From: Microthyrium microscopicum
Lineage: Eukaryota
DNA: 64,000 nucleotides
Direction of reading: 5' to 3'
Assembly: GCA_010405405.1 (NCBI GenBank)
Contig: MU004242.1
Coordinates: 221,751 to 285,750, forward strand
This document shows, piece by piece, positions 25,858-37,753 of this stretch (the first letter of the stretch is position 1; each line of letters starts with the position of its first letter). Below the pieces are notes generated by a model. That model saw only the letters and a program-made list of their open reading frames with translations, was not told the origin of the DNA and did no database searches. A program made the translations under genes and the position numbers.

Positions 25858-26208
25858 TTACATTCCATGTCCCATCATTCCCTTTGCTGGTGTGGCAGCA
25901 GCCTTTGGTGGAGTAACACTGACACCGGAAGATCCAACTGAAAGAGTGCCAAGAGGACCTGAGAGCTTATCGCCGTGTGGTCCTGCTGCAGCAGTACCGA
26001 GCGGGCTGATGGCTGAGGTGCTGCCGTTGGGTGTGATCTCGAGATGGGGTCCGAGAGGTGCACCTGGAGATGGCTGGAGTGGTGCGATGGTCAAAGCAGA
26101 TGGAGTTGCGCTTTTGGCGGGTGTAGCCTTAGGTGCTCCGCCCTGGGCAATTGGGTTGGCGATGACTGCAGCAACAAGGCTGAGGGTGATGAAGAGTTGA
26201 GAGTACAT
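25858..26208 (-). CDS. Small secreted Pro/Gly/Ala-rich protein, 116 aa, no Cys
   Basis: MYSQLFITLSLVAAVIANPIAQ signal peptide; intronless ORF with good ATG context. Confidence 0.75.
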   Translation of the reverse strand: MYSQLFITLSLVAAVIANPIAQGGAPKATPAKSATPSALTIAPLQPSPGAPLGPHLEITPNGSTSAISPLGTAAAGPHGDKLSGPLGTLSVGSSGVSVTPPKAAATPAKGMMGHGM

Positions 26209-26944
26209 GATTGATAGAGATGGGATGGATGTTTGTGTGAAAGTGGTTTGGAAAGTGTGGTTGTCTTGTGAATTTGTTGGAAGTTGTGATTGTTGATGAT
26301 CAGATTGTAGATGGTGTTGTGGAGCATCTTTATACATCAAGACATACAAAGTACGTCATGAGAGATCATACATATATCCCAGAAGCACCGTCATATTGCG
26401 ATTTCCAAAAGGTCCGAAGTGTCAGTTGAAATTGATGAAAAGTGCTGTCAAACGAGCTCTTGGTACTATGTTTCATCCATGGTTCTACATTTCGACAAAC
26501 GGCAGAGAAATTGGCCAACTAGGCTTTCGTTGTAAGGAAGATGGCATTGGGTGATGCTAATCTCGTAGTATCAAAAAAGACCATCACAATTTCGATATAT
26601 CTCTGGCGAAGTTGAGATGACGTCGAGTTATGAGGGCTCAATGGTAGCTGCAGCAATATCAGCACAGACAGCATCTATCCTGATAATATCGGGGTGTTCG
26701 ACAATGGTTTGGTTAATCTGTTTTCGGTCGATCGCATCGTAAAATGAAGTTGTGCGCAGAGCACACCCGGGGGTTCAATATAAGCGATGTAACCCAGATC
26801 GACCGCTAGACCAAGATCCCGATCATACCTTTGGCAATCCCATGTCGGCGAAAAAGCCTTGAATTAGAGCCTCTCCAGTCCCTGCTGGGCATGACAGCAT
26901 ACTCACAGCGTTAGCAGCCGCTTGATCTGAGATAGGATGGTGCA

Positions 26945-28273
26945 CTATGTCAATGTGCTCAGCTTATCATTGATTTGTTGATTCGCTTTTCGTAATGCCT
27001 CGGCCTCTAATCTTTCTTCAATTGTCTTTCTCCAGAAGGTCAAGTTGGAAAATGCGCTTTGCATCAAGTCTAATTTAGTCGCGGCCCTCTCCAGTGCGGT
27101 GATGTTCTTATGATTCCAGACGTTCCAGTCCCGTCGCATTTTTCTAATCAAAGCAAAAGTGTCGTTGTCGAATTCAAAGCCAGATTTGTCCATTTCGGCA
27201 AGAATATCACAGATTTCATGGAATGTATTCATGTTGGCCCATGTAGCGGCCAGTATCTCGTTGTATAGAGCCGTCGAGGCACCAAGAGCAAAAGATGCCT
27301 CACCAATCTCTCGGACTCGAGGAAGGATAGCAAAAACGTGTCCCGAATTTGGAAAGTTCTCCCAAAACACCTTTGCTGCAATGACGAGGAGAGTAGGATA
27401 GATTGGGCGAAGGACGGCGAATTCATCGGAAGCTTTCTTTGCTTTCACCAAATTGGGCAGCTTTTCAGCGTCCTCAGGGGCAACATTTTCCACTATTGCA
27501 GCGGCCAAAGCAATTTTCTTCGCGTTCAGCTCAGGCTTCCCCTCCACCTTGATTGTAGGGAACACTTGTGCAAGAATGGGTGAATCCAGTTGCAATTTGG
27601 CAATCTTTTCAAAAAGTTCCTCCTCTAGGACAGCCCATAGCGCAACGTCAGATTTAGCTTGACGTAATGATTGCTCAATTCTGGCTGATTCCTCCTGTTG
27701 CAGCGCTTTTAATTCGATTTGCCTGGTAAGCTGTTCGGATTCAATGATAGTCTCTTGAGAAGTATCCAATCCGCCCCTGCGCGAGGCCGCTTGGTATTTG
27801 TAGAACTCGACACTCTGGGCTGCACTTTTCGCGATATCCCGTAAAGCCGCTGGAAACCTTTCGACGTTAGATAGCGCATTGCTCGCCAGCAATGAAGCCT
27901 TCTCTCTATCTCTTTCTCCATCTTCCAGTGTAGCTTTCTCAGCCTCCAATGCTTCCTGCTCTGCCTTTTGTATGGCTTCTTGAAAGAGGTTGTGGAATAT
28001 ATCACGCTCACGGGGAGTGATTGTCGAGGTCTCTAGGACACTGGTAGGAATAACCATGCCATCGTTGAAGGGGATATTCGATCCATCTGGACGGCGCCGT
28101 CGGTTACCAGATGTTGTACTCTCGCGTGCAGTCGTTCTGGCTTGCCTGACGTCTGAAGGACTTCTTCTATCGCGCAGTAATCGAATATGGCTTAATGTTG
28201 GGTAGGTGGTGGCATTGAGACTGCGTGGATTGAAAAGGGGCCAATTGCTTGATGGCCGTAGGATTCGCTTCAT
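26945..28273 (-). CDS. Mtf2/Nam1-like mitochondrial RNA-metabolism protein
   Basis: Arg-rich presequence-like N-terminus; AKSDVALWAVLEEELF, YPTLL and SFALGASTALYNEIL. Confidence 0.7.
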   Translation of the reverse strand: MKRILRPSSNWPLFNPRSLNATTYPTLSHIRLLRDRRSPSDVRQARTTARESTTSGNRRRRPDGSNIPFNDGMVIPTSVLETSTITPRERDIFHNLFQEAIQKAEQEALEAEKATLEDGERDREKASLLASNALSNVERFPAALRDIAKSAAQSVEFYKYQAASRRGGLDTSQETIIESEQLTRQIELKALQQEESARIEQSLRQAKSDVALWAVLEEELFEKIAKLQLDSPILAQVFPTIKVEGKPELNAKKIALAAAIVENVAPEDAEKLPNLVKAKKASDEFAVLRPIYPTLLVIAAKVFWENFPNSGHVFAILPRVREIGEASFALGASTALYNEILAATWANMNTFHEICDILAEMDKSGFEFDNDTFALIRKMRRDWNVWNHKNITALERAATKLDLMQSAFSNLTFWRKTIEERLEAEALRKANQQINDKLSTLT

Positions 28274-28608
28274 GAGTTGAAATAAGGTAGCTTGGCCATA
28301 CTCTAAAATCAAGTCGGTCAAGGTGAAAATAATGAACAGACAATGAAAGTCGCGCTTGAGTTTATTAGTCAGTGTTATAGTACACTCGTTGGGGTTGTAA
28401 GCCAATAAAGACATGAAGAATGCATAAAACACCAAGATAAAGTGGAAAACGCTGCACGTGATAGCGCGTTTCGTCAAGCATTACTTTCGCGACGCGCCGC
28501 TGATTCAATGACTTTCAGCCATATCGCCCCTTTGCGTCCATTCTTCCAAACTCATCCTTTATTTCCCAAGTGCATCAATTCAATACTCGCTCCATAAATT
28601 GTAACGCC

Positions 28609-30260
28609 ATGCCTTCAAAACCGCCCCCAGTAAGCGAATATGAGCGGAAACGACTCGAAACCATCGCCAAAAACAAAGCACTCCTCCGAAACCTCGCCCT
28701 CGATGCAGCAGCCACCGGTCTCGCGCCTACAAAGACACGCGCCAAACCCACCACCAGAAACACCAAGACGAAACGCAAAGCGGCCCCAAAAGTCAAGGAA
28801 GAAGCACCCGCGCCTCGCCGCGTGTCCATGCGCCTGCGCGGCGTGGTGGCTGACAGCGAAGTCGCGAAGCGCAAAGCGGAAGAGGATGTTGAGGAAAGAA
28901 GACAATTTGAACAAGCAAAGAGGAGAAGAGTGACGGGGGATTTGAAGGTTGAGGATATCTTGACGAATGGTCAGAGCTGGGATGGCACGGGCAATTTCCT
29001 GAGAGGTGTGCAGCCAGCGAAGCCGTATGAAAGGACATTTGATGCGGAGGCGGGAAAGAAACATAGCGACAAGGAAGTCAAGGCATTGATAGAGCGGTTG
29101 AGTGGTTTGGAACTGTGGAAGGATGTCTCGCCTGCTGATATCAAGGTGACGCCTGAACGAGTGGTATGTACCTGGTATGGGGCAATCATGGTGGTACTAG
29201 ATCTGACAGGTTTAACAGTATTCCTTGACATTCCATCCAACTGCGGAGAAGGCTCTGGTATTTGCTGGAGACAAACTCGGAAGTCTAGGCATATTTGATG
29301 GCTCGCAGGAAATCGAGGATCCTGATGATTGGGAGCCGCAAATCACGACGATGAAACTGCACTCGAGGACGATCTCTGCGCTGCATTGTGTGCCAGCGGA
29401 TCCGAAATCTCTGTACTCTGCATCGTATGATAGCACCATTCGAAGACTTGATATAGAGAAAGGCGTTGCTGTAGAGGTCTACGCTCCCACAGACACCACG
29501 GCCGAAGAAGGAGTATCTCAAATCCAAATTAGCGGCAGCAACCCATCAATCGTATACTTCACTACGCTCCAAGGCCGATTCGGAATACATGACACTAGAA
29601 CACCAGCCAAAAAGACACCTCCCACAGAACTCTATCAGCTTTCTGAAAAGAAGATTGGTGGTTTCTCCGTTTCCTTGCCAAACCCAGATCTTATGGCGAC
29701 GGCATCTTTGGACCGTACGTTGAGACTTTGGGATCTACGGAAACTAGTTGGCAAAGGCAGCGAGAGAACGCCATATTTCATGGGCGAGCACGAGAATCGA
29801 CTAAGCGTATCGAGCGCCATGTTCAATTATGCTGGCCAAGTGACCACAGCCTCCTACGACGACACCGTCAAGATTTACGATTTCGGATCAATCTTGTCCT
29901 CGGCTTCTATTGGCACAGATCTGACTCCAGAGCAGATGGAGCCTTCCGCTGTCATTCCACACAATAATCAGACAGGTCGATGGGTGACAATGCAAGTCCC
30001 TCTAATCTGCACAAGTGACCAAAGCTAACTATATTAACAGTCTGAAGCCCCAGTGGCAACTAAACCCCCAAGATAATATCCAAAGGCTCTGTATTGGAAG
30101 CATGAACCGCTTCGTCGACATATATTCCAGCACTGGCGTCCAGCTTGCCCAGTTAGGCGGTGACGGCATATCTGCTGTTCCGGCTGTGGCTCAATTTCAC
30201 CCGTCCATGGATTGGGTTGGCGCTGCGACCGCGAGTGGGAAGTTGTGCCTATGGATGTAG
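28609..30260 (+). CDS. CMR1: WD40 DNA damage-binding protein CMR1 (WDR76 orthologue)
   Basis: [67 protein letters not shown] and ASGKLCLWM; two introns. Confidence 0.9.
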
Positions 30261-30294
30261 CCTTCGAATTCAATACCGTCAAAAGTGACGGTAC

Positions 30295-30710
30295 TCAGTC
30301 ACGAATAGCATCTTTGAGAGCTTGGATAGTGTCGTTCACAAGTTGTTCTGCCTCAACCTTGGAATCGAATCGACTAATAATCAAAGTCTTCTCTCGGGAT
30401 TTCAGACCTTTGAGGATATCAATACTAGACTTCGGTACACCAAGCACCTATAGACACGTTAAAATGAGACCGGAATCAGAACCGTGGTTGTGCTTACACT
30501 AGCAACCAAGTCAACCACTGCCTTGTTTGCCTCGCCGTCTTTTGGCTTTGCGGCTACACAGAGCTCGACAGAATCGTCCGAGACTTTGAGGATCCCTGCA
30601 CGGTTTCCTTTGACCCCTGGTTTGACGCTACACGCGATCTGGAGAACGGCTGGGAGACTGGTCTTGGCGCCCTTGGTTATGCCTGGAATATAGCGGACGG
30701 CAGATGCCAT
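30295..30710 (-). CDS. UPF0235/DUF167 (YggU-like) protein
   Basis: CSVKPG..VELCVAAKPKDGEANKAV, spliced to VLGVPKSSIDILKGLKSREK. Confidence 0.85.
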
Positions 30711-31253
30711 GAGAATGTGCAAGAAGCCTGAAAAAAGGCGTCTACGACGGCTGTGAAAGAGCAGAAAGACGATACTTGGGAATAAAAATAAGAAGTGCGA
30801 AGGGTATGGATGACCAAATCTTGGAAAGCCCATCAGTGTAAAGTACAATTACTCAACCACCAGATAATCCAGCAATCCTATTGGCTACTACTCTGCAACT
30901 CGAAATACAACGTTTGGATACCAGCAGAGTTTATAACGAGGACATGCGTGCAACTGACATTCGGCAGGAGGTCAATACGTTTGTTCGAAGTACAATGGCT
31001 TGGTACACTCTGTAGATATAAACCATGGTTGCCGCTCACAATGATTGGTACCCCATAGAATATACCGCCAGACTACAGTATTGTTCACAACCATTCCAAG
31101 TATAAAGACTTACCGACCTGTCATCTCTTCTGAATAATCTTGTCACTACTTTCCAAATCATCATCATCATCCATCTACAGCTTGACAGATATTGATATTG
31201 ATATTCCTCACTAGCACCACCTACAGCCATCAACCAGCTATAAGACTTCCAAG

Positions 31254-31877
31254 ATGCCAACCTTCAACTTATTATATGCCCAGAGTCGGAGGAATTATAC
31301 TCGACAAGAACGAGAAGATCTGCGCCACGCCCTGAACGAACGGGACTTGTCAGATGCAACTACCGAAGAATTGGAATCCATCCTTTCAGAACTTGATTAC
31401 CAGCGAGTCGGGCTCCTCCGCGACCGTCACAGAATACAGCCAACCATTCGAACCAATGCACACTGGGACCCAGAATCAAGATCCCCCTCTTTTTATTTCT
31501 TCTACGGAATATTCGCAGATCCAAGATTCCTCACCTGGGCAATAGATCGCAATATCGAACCATCATTTACCAGAGTCGAATTGAACTATGCAGGCATCAA
31601 GTGGTATGGCCTTCAACCAGTCGTCGTCGAGATGGGTGCTCGCTATCATACAGTCCAGGGCCAACTTTGGAGATTACCTAGAGGACAAGCTAAGGATAAT
31701 ATGGTCCGCAAGATACGATTCTTTATGGCATATATATCTGAGGATCGGTTTGTGGAGCGGTGGGTGGAGTTGTGGCATCCGAGTGGCCAGTTGATTAAAG
31801 TAAGGTGTTTCTATTTTCAGGGACAGGATTTGAGCGTGCTTGAACATGCCCCGTTTGTGCCGAGCGACGGAGTTTGA
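31254..31877 (+). CDS. AIG2/gamma-glutamylcyclotransferase-like protein (divergent)
   Basis: FYFFYGIFADPRFL, IKWYGLQPVVV and TVQGQLW; intronless 207-aa ORF. Confidence 0.6.
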   Translation: MPTFNLLYAQSRRNYTRQEREDLRHALNERDLSDATTEELESILSELDYQRVGLLRDRHRIQPTIRTNAHWDPESRSPSFYFFYGIFADPRFLTWAIDRNIEPSFTRVELNYAGIKWYGLQPVVVEMGARYHTVQGQLWRLPRGQAKDNMVRKIRFFMAYISEDRFVERWVELWHPSGQLIKVRCFYFQGQDLSVLEHAPFVPSDGV

Positions 31878-31962
31878 TGAGAAAAAGGAAGGTCCATGTG
31901 GGTTGAGAAATTTGTTCGCGGTCTGGAGTTTCGACATTGCGACAGCAAGCAGACGGATTGGT

Positions 31963-33060
31963 TCATCCTCTGGAGGCAACAGCAACTCTAAATTCGAGGA
32001 AATCCTTGACGCCATATAGGATTCTGGCATCGCTGATCCACTGGAACAAACAGCTACCACAACCCGTCATTGCACCAAAGATTTTCAGCTCAACGAATCG
32101 AACGTTCCCTCCGTCTTTATCAGTGACAACATCGAAGCTGAATCCCATACCCAGTAAAATCTCTTCACCCTCATCACCATCACCATCTCCCTTCAGCATT
32201 TCCACAATATCCGCGAAGATCTTCTTCACCCCGTCGAAGACTTTCGCACCAACCTCAGCAATCTCAGCCTCTGAAGTCAAGTAAAAAGGCTTATGCCACC
32301 GATACTGACTAACAGCCGCAATCTGTACCTGTCCATGTCCTGTGGGTGGACAAAAGACGCGATACTCGCACTCAATATTCATAGTTTCGTCCAATGGAAA
32401 TAGAAATACTTACATATCCCTGTCTTGCTGCTCTAGAAGTCTTGCTATAGCGGAACTTCCGCGCCGTGAACTCGTCAGTCGGTGGTCTAGCTGCTGCAAC
32501 GTCTGTAGTGGTGCAGCGCCGTGATCTTCACTTCCGGAAAGATTGGTGTATTGTGCATCCTTCAGACTGCAGGCGTCGAGGCGAGCAAACCATTTCTTGT
32601 CGGCGTGAAAAAGTGATGAGACTAAGATGTTGGATGTTGTGTGATGCGGAAATGCATCGAGGAGGTCTTCGGAGTCTGAGGCGCCAATGCGGTCTGTGAA
32701 GATTGCTGAGGATGATGCGCGGAGAAGGGTGGTGCAATAGGAACTTGGAAGGATGATGATGTGAATGTCAGACGAGGCAAGGTTACGAGATGATATGATT
32801 AGTGGAAGCCATGGCGAGAGTTGGAGCTTGGAGTGCGTTGGGTTGGGGTTCTACGAATACATTTAGTACATGTCATTTGATGCTAGACGGCAAAGTTGGA
32901 ACACATAATGTTGTATATTTGGTAGTACATTCTGAATCGCCTGTAAGCTGTGCTGGTAGGTATTGTACTCTTTTTGGTCAATGCATTGTTCCAGTGCTCG
33001 CTGCATGACAGAGTCTATATATTGAAAGTTGAGGATGTTTAGTTTTAGAGGCTTAGACAC
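31963..33060 (-). pseudogene. Cdc123/R2K-like ATP-grasp protein with an internal in-frame stop (start approximate)
   Basis: KWFARLDACSLKDA..RLTSSRRG..DM*VFLFPLDETMNIECEYRVFCPP..AVSQYRWH..GFSFDV..VELKIFGAMTGCGSCLFQW; TAA at 32410..32412. Confidence 0.7.
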
Positions 33061-33615
33061 GGTGGAAATAAACCAATGTACTTGCTTCGATTTCAGCCTT
33101 TTCAGCCTTGTCGGATGTGGATGGTGATGCGTCAGATACGGTTCATGAGGCTAGAGTGGGGCATGTGGGGGATGCTGTTTGGAGGTGATCCGACGGTAAG
33201 CGTGAGCACATGGATATACATGGATATGTAAATATTCGCGTCCAACTGCACTTAGGGGTTTAAAACCAACACGAAATCCTAATTTTCATTCATGGGACTT
33301 GTTCACGCGCTGATTTCCTGCTCCTAACCAACCAAGTCTAATTCGTCTACTTGACTGCCCCGACTTCGCTGGCCCACAATGTCCTTCTCAGACTCTCCCT
33401 CTTTACGTAACCTCTCCCTAGAAGACTATAAGGCTTCCCACCATACACCTCAATAAGACTCCACTGTTCTTTGTTCCGAGACTAGATAACTCCTCAGGAG
33501 CTGCTCAGCTACTCGCGTTTCAGTAACTACACTCTTATACTCTTCAAAAGTCAATTGAAGCCACAATTGCTGTCCATCAGCTCGTTCAACCTTAAGATTT
33601 CCACCGCTTATCAAC

Positions 33616-34703
33616 ATGACATCCGCACCCTCCCTCCAGCCAAAATTCCTGCCGACTCGCAATGACATTGGCGTAGTAGCAGTAGGCTTCTCCGGCGGCC
33701 AAGTAAGCTCCTCCCCTCCCGATCACCCTCAATGCGCCCACTAACATCTACTCAGTGCAAGCCCGGCGTTGACGCAGCTCCAATGGCCCTCATCGAAGCC
33801 GGCCTCATCACCCAACTAAAAACCGAGCTCGAATTCAACGTCCACCACGACGACACCGTCCACTCCTATGCCGAACACATCCCACCCGTCGCCGAGGACC
33901 CTGACCACCGAAACATGAAGCGCCCACGCGCCGTCTCTGCCGTAACCCAGCAGCTAGCCAATCAAGTCTACGAGCACGCTTCTGCGGGCCGCTTCGTCTT
34001 GACTTTGGGCGGCGACCACTCCATTGCGATCGGCACGGTAGCTGGTGTAGCCAAAGCAACACGGGAACGCTTGGGCCGCGAGATTGCGTTGATTTGGGTA
34101 GATGCGCACGCGGATATCAATACGCCAGAGTCTAGCGATAGTGGAAATATTCATGGGATGCCAGTTGCGTTCCTCACAGGCTTGGCAAAGGAGGAGCGGA
34201 AGGATGTGTTTGGCTGGTTAGAGAAGGATATGTTGGTTAGTAAGAGTAAGTTGGTGTACATTGGGTTGAGGGATGTGGATCGTGGAGAGAAGAAGATTTT
34301 GAGGGAGCATGGGATTCGGGCGTTTAGTATGCATGATATTGATCGGTAAGTTTGAGCCTCTGGAAATGGGAAAAAGTGGTTGCTAATGGTATGTCGTAGT
34401 CATGGGATTGGCAAGATCATGGATATGGCGCTGGGATGGATTGGAACTGATACGCCAATTCATCTGTCGTTTGATGTCGATGCTTTGGATCCAATGTGGG
34501 CTCCCAGTACGGGCACGCCGGTTAGAGGTGGTCTGACACTGAGAGAGGGTGACTTCATTGCCGAGTGTGTTCATGCTACTGGTAGCCTGGTGGCTTTGGA
34601 TCTCGTCGAGGTTAATCCTAGCTTGGAGATCGAAGGAGCGTCGGAAACCGTGAGAGCGGGTTGTTCGATCGTTCGCTGTGCTCTCGGAGACACGCTGTTG
34701 TAG
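33616..34703 (+). CDS. CAR1: Arginase
   Basis: GFSGGQ, LGGDHSIAIGT, WVDAHADINT, SGNIHGMP and SFDVDALDP..APSTGTPVRGG; two introns. Confidence 0.97.
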
Positions 34704-34889
34704 ATGATTCCACGGCGAAAACGACTGGGCGGCAATCTGTAGAACAATGCAGCAGGTATGACTGATGTCTAAATTGAATCATGAATGAAAAATTGCTTCT
34801 GCCACATCACAGGCACAGCCAGCAATAAACTACAGCAATATTGAGTTCATCCATAAATTCATATAACATACAAGTCGCATAATCGACCG

Positions 34890-37270
34890 CTAATGGTGAT
34901 GCAAAGAATCTAAATATCCCATCAATCTCTTCCTTATAACCACTCCAATGAGCGAACCAGTCCCTTCCTCCGTCAAACAGATATATCGTACACCAAGCTG
35001 TGTGAAAATCGCCACAATCTCCTCAATTGGCGCTGCCACACATACACAAACTGGCGCCCGATTCACAAATCTCGTGAGATCCAACTCCTCGTCTTCTGTC
35101 GGACTACCCAGCAATCTTACACCTACATCAGCGGGATAGGCCGCGCCGACTTCACTAAGCCCATACTCCAGCTCTGTTTGCGCGATATATCCTTGCACGA
35201 TATCTCTTCCTTGCACGAGGACAAGACCCGAGTCCATAAGTCCTCTTCTCTTCAAAATCATCAACTTGTCTTCCAACACCTTCCGCGGCACTTTGTTCGT
35301 AATCGGTACGACCACTGTAAGCTCTGCCATGGTGTTTTTCGGCGGCACCAACGCATATGCAGTATCAGCATCGCCCTCCGCCACCTTCGCAATCGCTTCA
35401 TCAGGGCTCAGGAACGGATGGCCTAGCGCCGTCTGGTTGAGATCGTAGATACTCTCCTTACTGATCGCATCGGCCACCCACTTGGCGCATAGAATGGCTA
35501 CCATATGCGGCAGGACGTACTCCAGCTCGCCCGTGAGTTCGAACATGACTACGCACAAACTTATCGTCATACGCGTGACGCCCGCTAGGAAAGCACCGGC
35601 AGCGACCATCGCAAAGATGCCAGGGGAGATGTATTCGGAGCTTGTGACTGGGAGTACCTGTCCAACGAGTCGACCAAAGAGCGCACCGCCAGCGAGGGCG
35701 GGCATGATTATTCCAGAAGGAACTTTTATGCCAGCTGTAATGGTAGTTGTGCCAAGAACTTGGATGGTCCCGTATATCAGCCAGAGGACGTAAGATGTGC
35801 GCTTCTCTGAGCCTTCGTTTAGGCATACCCAGCTGACCTCCTCTGTCTTTGCATTTTTGCAATCTACTAGCAATCCCCGAATAATCCCGACGTATGGTGC
35901 ACGTGTAGCCGGATCCGGAAATTGCAGACATGCGACAGCCGCGGTGACTAGGAATACTTCAAAGACCGGATATTCCTTGATGATAGAGAAGGAACGGAAC
36001 CAGCGTGCCCATAGGAAGTTCATTCTGGTGAAAGTGCCGCCCCATATTCCGCCCGCGATGCCGAGGAAGATGAAGAGTAGGTAATGTAGAGTGGTGTAGG
36101 AAGAGCCATACTGTGTCTCGAAGAGCACAAGCCGACCGGTCCCAAATGGATCCAAGAGACGCAGTGCGATGGCGGCGGTTATCGAGCAAAGGAAAGTACG
36201 GTAGAGGGCTTTTCGGGGAAAGTAGACACTCAGCTCCTCATAGGCGAACAATACACCTCCAATGGGCGCGCCAAAAGCTGCACTGATTCCTGCAGCGGAC
36301 CCAGCCGTCAACAACTCGCGCATCTGCCGTCCATTCGTGCGATATTTTGCAAAGCGCTCGCCCACGAGATTCGCGATACATGTCCCGATGTGTATCATTG
36401 GCGCCTCCTTGCCTAATGGAAGACCAGAAGCCACCGCAAAGATTGCGCCAACGATTTTGAGTAGTAGAACCTTGAGGCCCAAGAAGCCGGGGATCACGAA
36501 ACCTGAAAGGATCGTTTTGATCTCCGGGATGCCAGCGCCACTGACCATGTACATGACCTTATGGTCGCGTACAGCGTCCGGCATCTTGGCCTGTGTATCC
36601 GTCGAGGACGCTGAAGTCTCAGTCCAGTCCATGGCATGCGGTAGTTCTGTTTTCGACATCATGGTAATACCGGAGCTAATCACGGCCGCTGTGCATGCTA
36701 CGGCCAGATAGATCCCAAACGTCACCTCGTACGGGCCATCCCATGATCTGTAGTATGGACATTGTTCGTGAGCCTGGCCGTTTATGCGGCAGCAAAGCTC
36801 CTTGGACAGTAAGTAGTTTGAGCTACAATACCCGAATTTGAAATCTGAGATGGTCGCTTCTGAAACATCAATGATGTACGCGACAAACCCGGTGAGTAGG
36901 CCGATAAGGGCTACGGCGAGCCAGCCGGAGAGGGCGTCGAGACGGGATGTGAGAAGACCTTGGAGACCCGGTAGGGATTTTATATAGCGGCGTCGGTATG
37001 TATCTTTGATCTGATGAATATAAGCGCTTGTGGTATAAAGTGATTGAAGGATTCACGCACCAAGTCATGTAGGAAATCTATACTCGAGTATGGACTATAT
37101 GGCAATATCTCGCCCGCCGCTGTATCGCCCAGTGCTTCCTCTTCTTTGCTTAGAATTGAAGTCGATACATGGGATCCGTTCTCGAGACGACTCAAGGCGC
37201 GAAAGTTGCGGAATGGTGCTGTTCCTAGGAGGCTTGATCTCTCGTTTGGTTCTGTGGTGGAGGACGCCAT
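34890..37270 (-). CDS. CLC chloride channel/antiporter with C-terminal CBS-like region
   Basis: GAGIPEIKTILSG, GKEAP, AAFGAPIGGVLFAYEE, KVPSGIIMP, VTRMTISLCVVMFELTG and ESIYD; intron after SIDFLHDL. Confidence 0.92.
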
Positions 37271-37753
37271 TGTTGGACACTCTAGCCGTTGTCTGATAGA
37301 GGTTTCCCGACGATATCGAGGAATGGTTCTCACAGAAAGAGCTCACCTGAGACGTGATCGATCACTGAAAGGACCAGAAGGGTTGTTTTGAGAGAGTGAA
37401 AACATCTTTCTCCGCGCAAAAAGGCTCTGGAGCCTTGAAAATCGTTCTAGATGAATAGAAATGCGATCTTAACTATTCTCAGTTTGATATGGGTGATCGA
37501 GCCAATCAGGGCTGACTTGGAGATAAGAGCTTTGGTTTGATGCTGGAGGAAAAGCGACTCCCGACCCCTGTAAGTGTACCCCGTAGCGCCGGAAGCTCCC
37601 GTACTAGCTGGAAAGCTAAGCATTCCAGGCCTGGCGCCAGAACTACCCCTGCCATTTCTACACGCGCGGTTAGGACATGCATCTTCAATTCAACTTCGAA
37701 TGCTTCTCCCGTCCTGAATTACAAGAACGTTATGACTTGTATCCAATGAAACT

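Noticed and set aside
32407..32413. GTAAGT overlapping the internal stop of the ATP-grasp gene as a rescuing intron donor
   Set aside because: No suitable in-frame YAG acceptor nearby, and splicing would delete the conserved-looking FLFP..EYRVFCPP segment
33379..33456. 25-codon upstream ORF in frame with arginase (possible long isoform)
   Set aside because: Several stops separate it from the arginase ATG and no clear intron removes them
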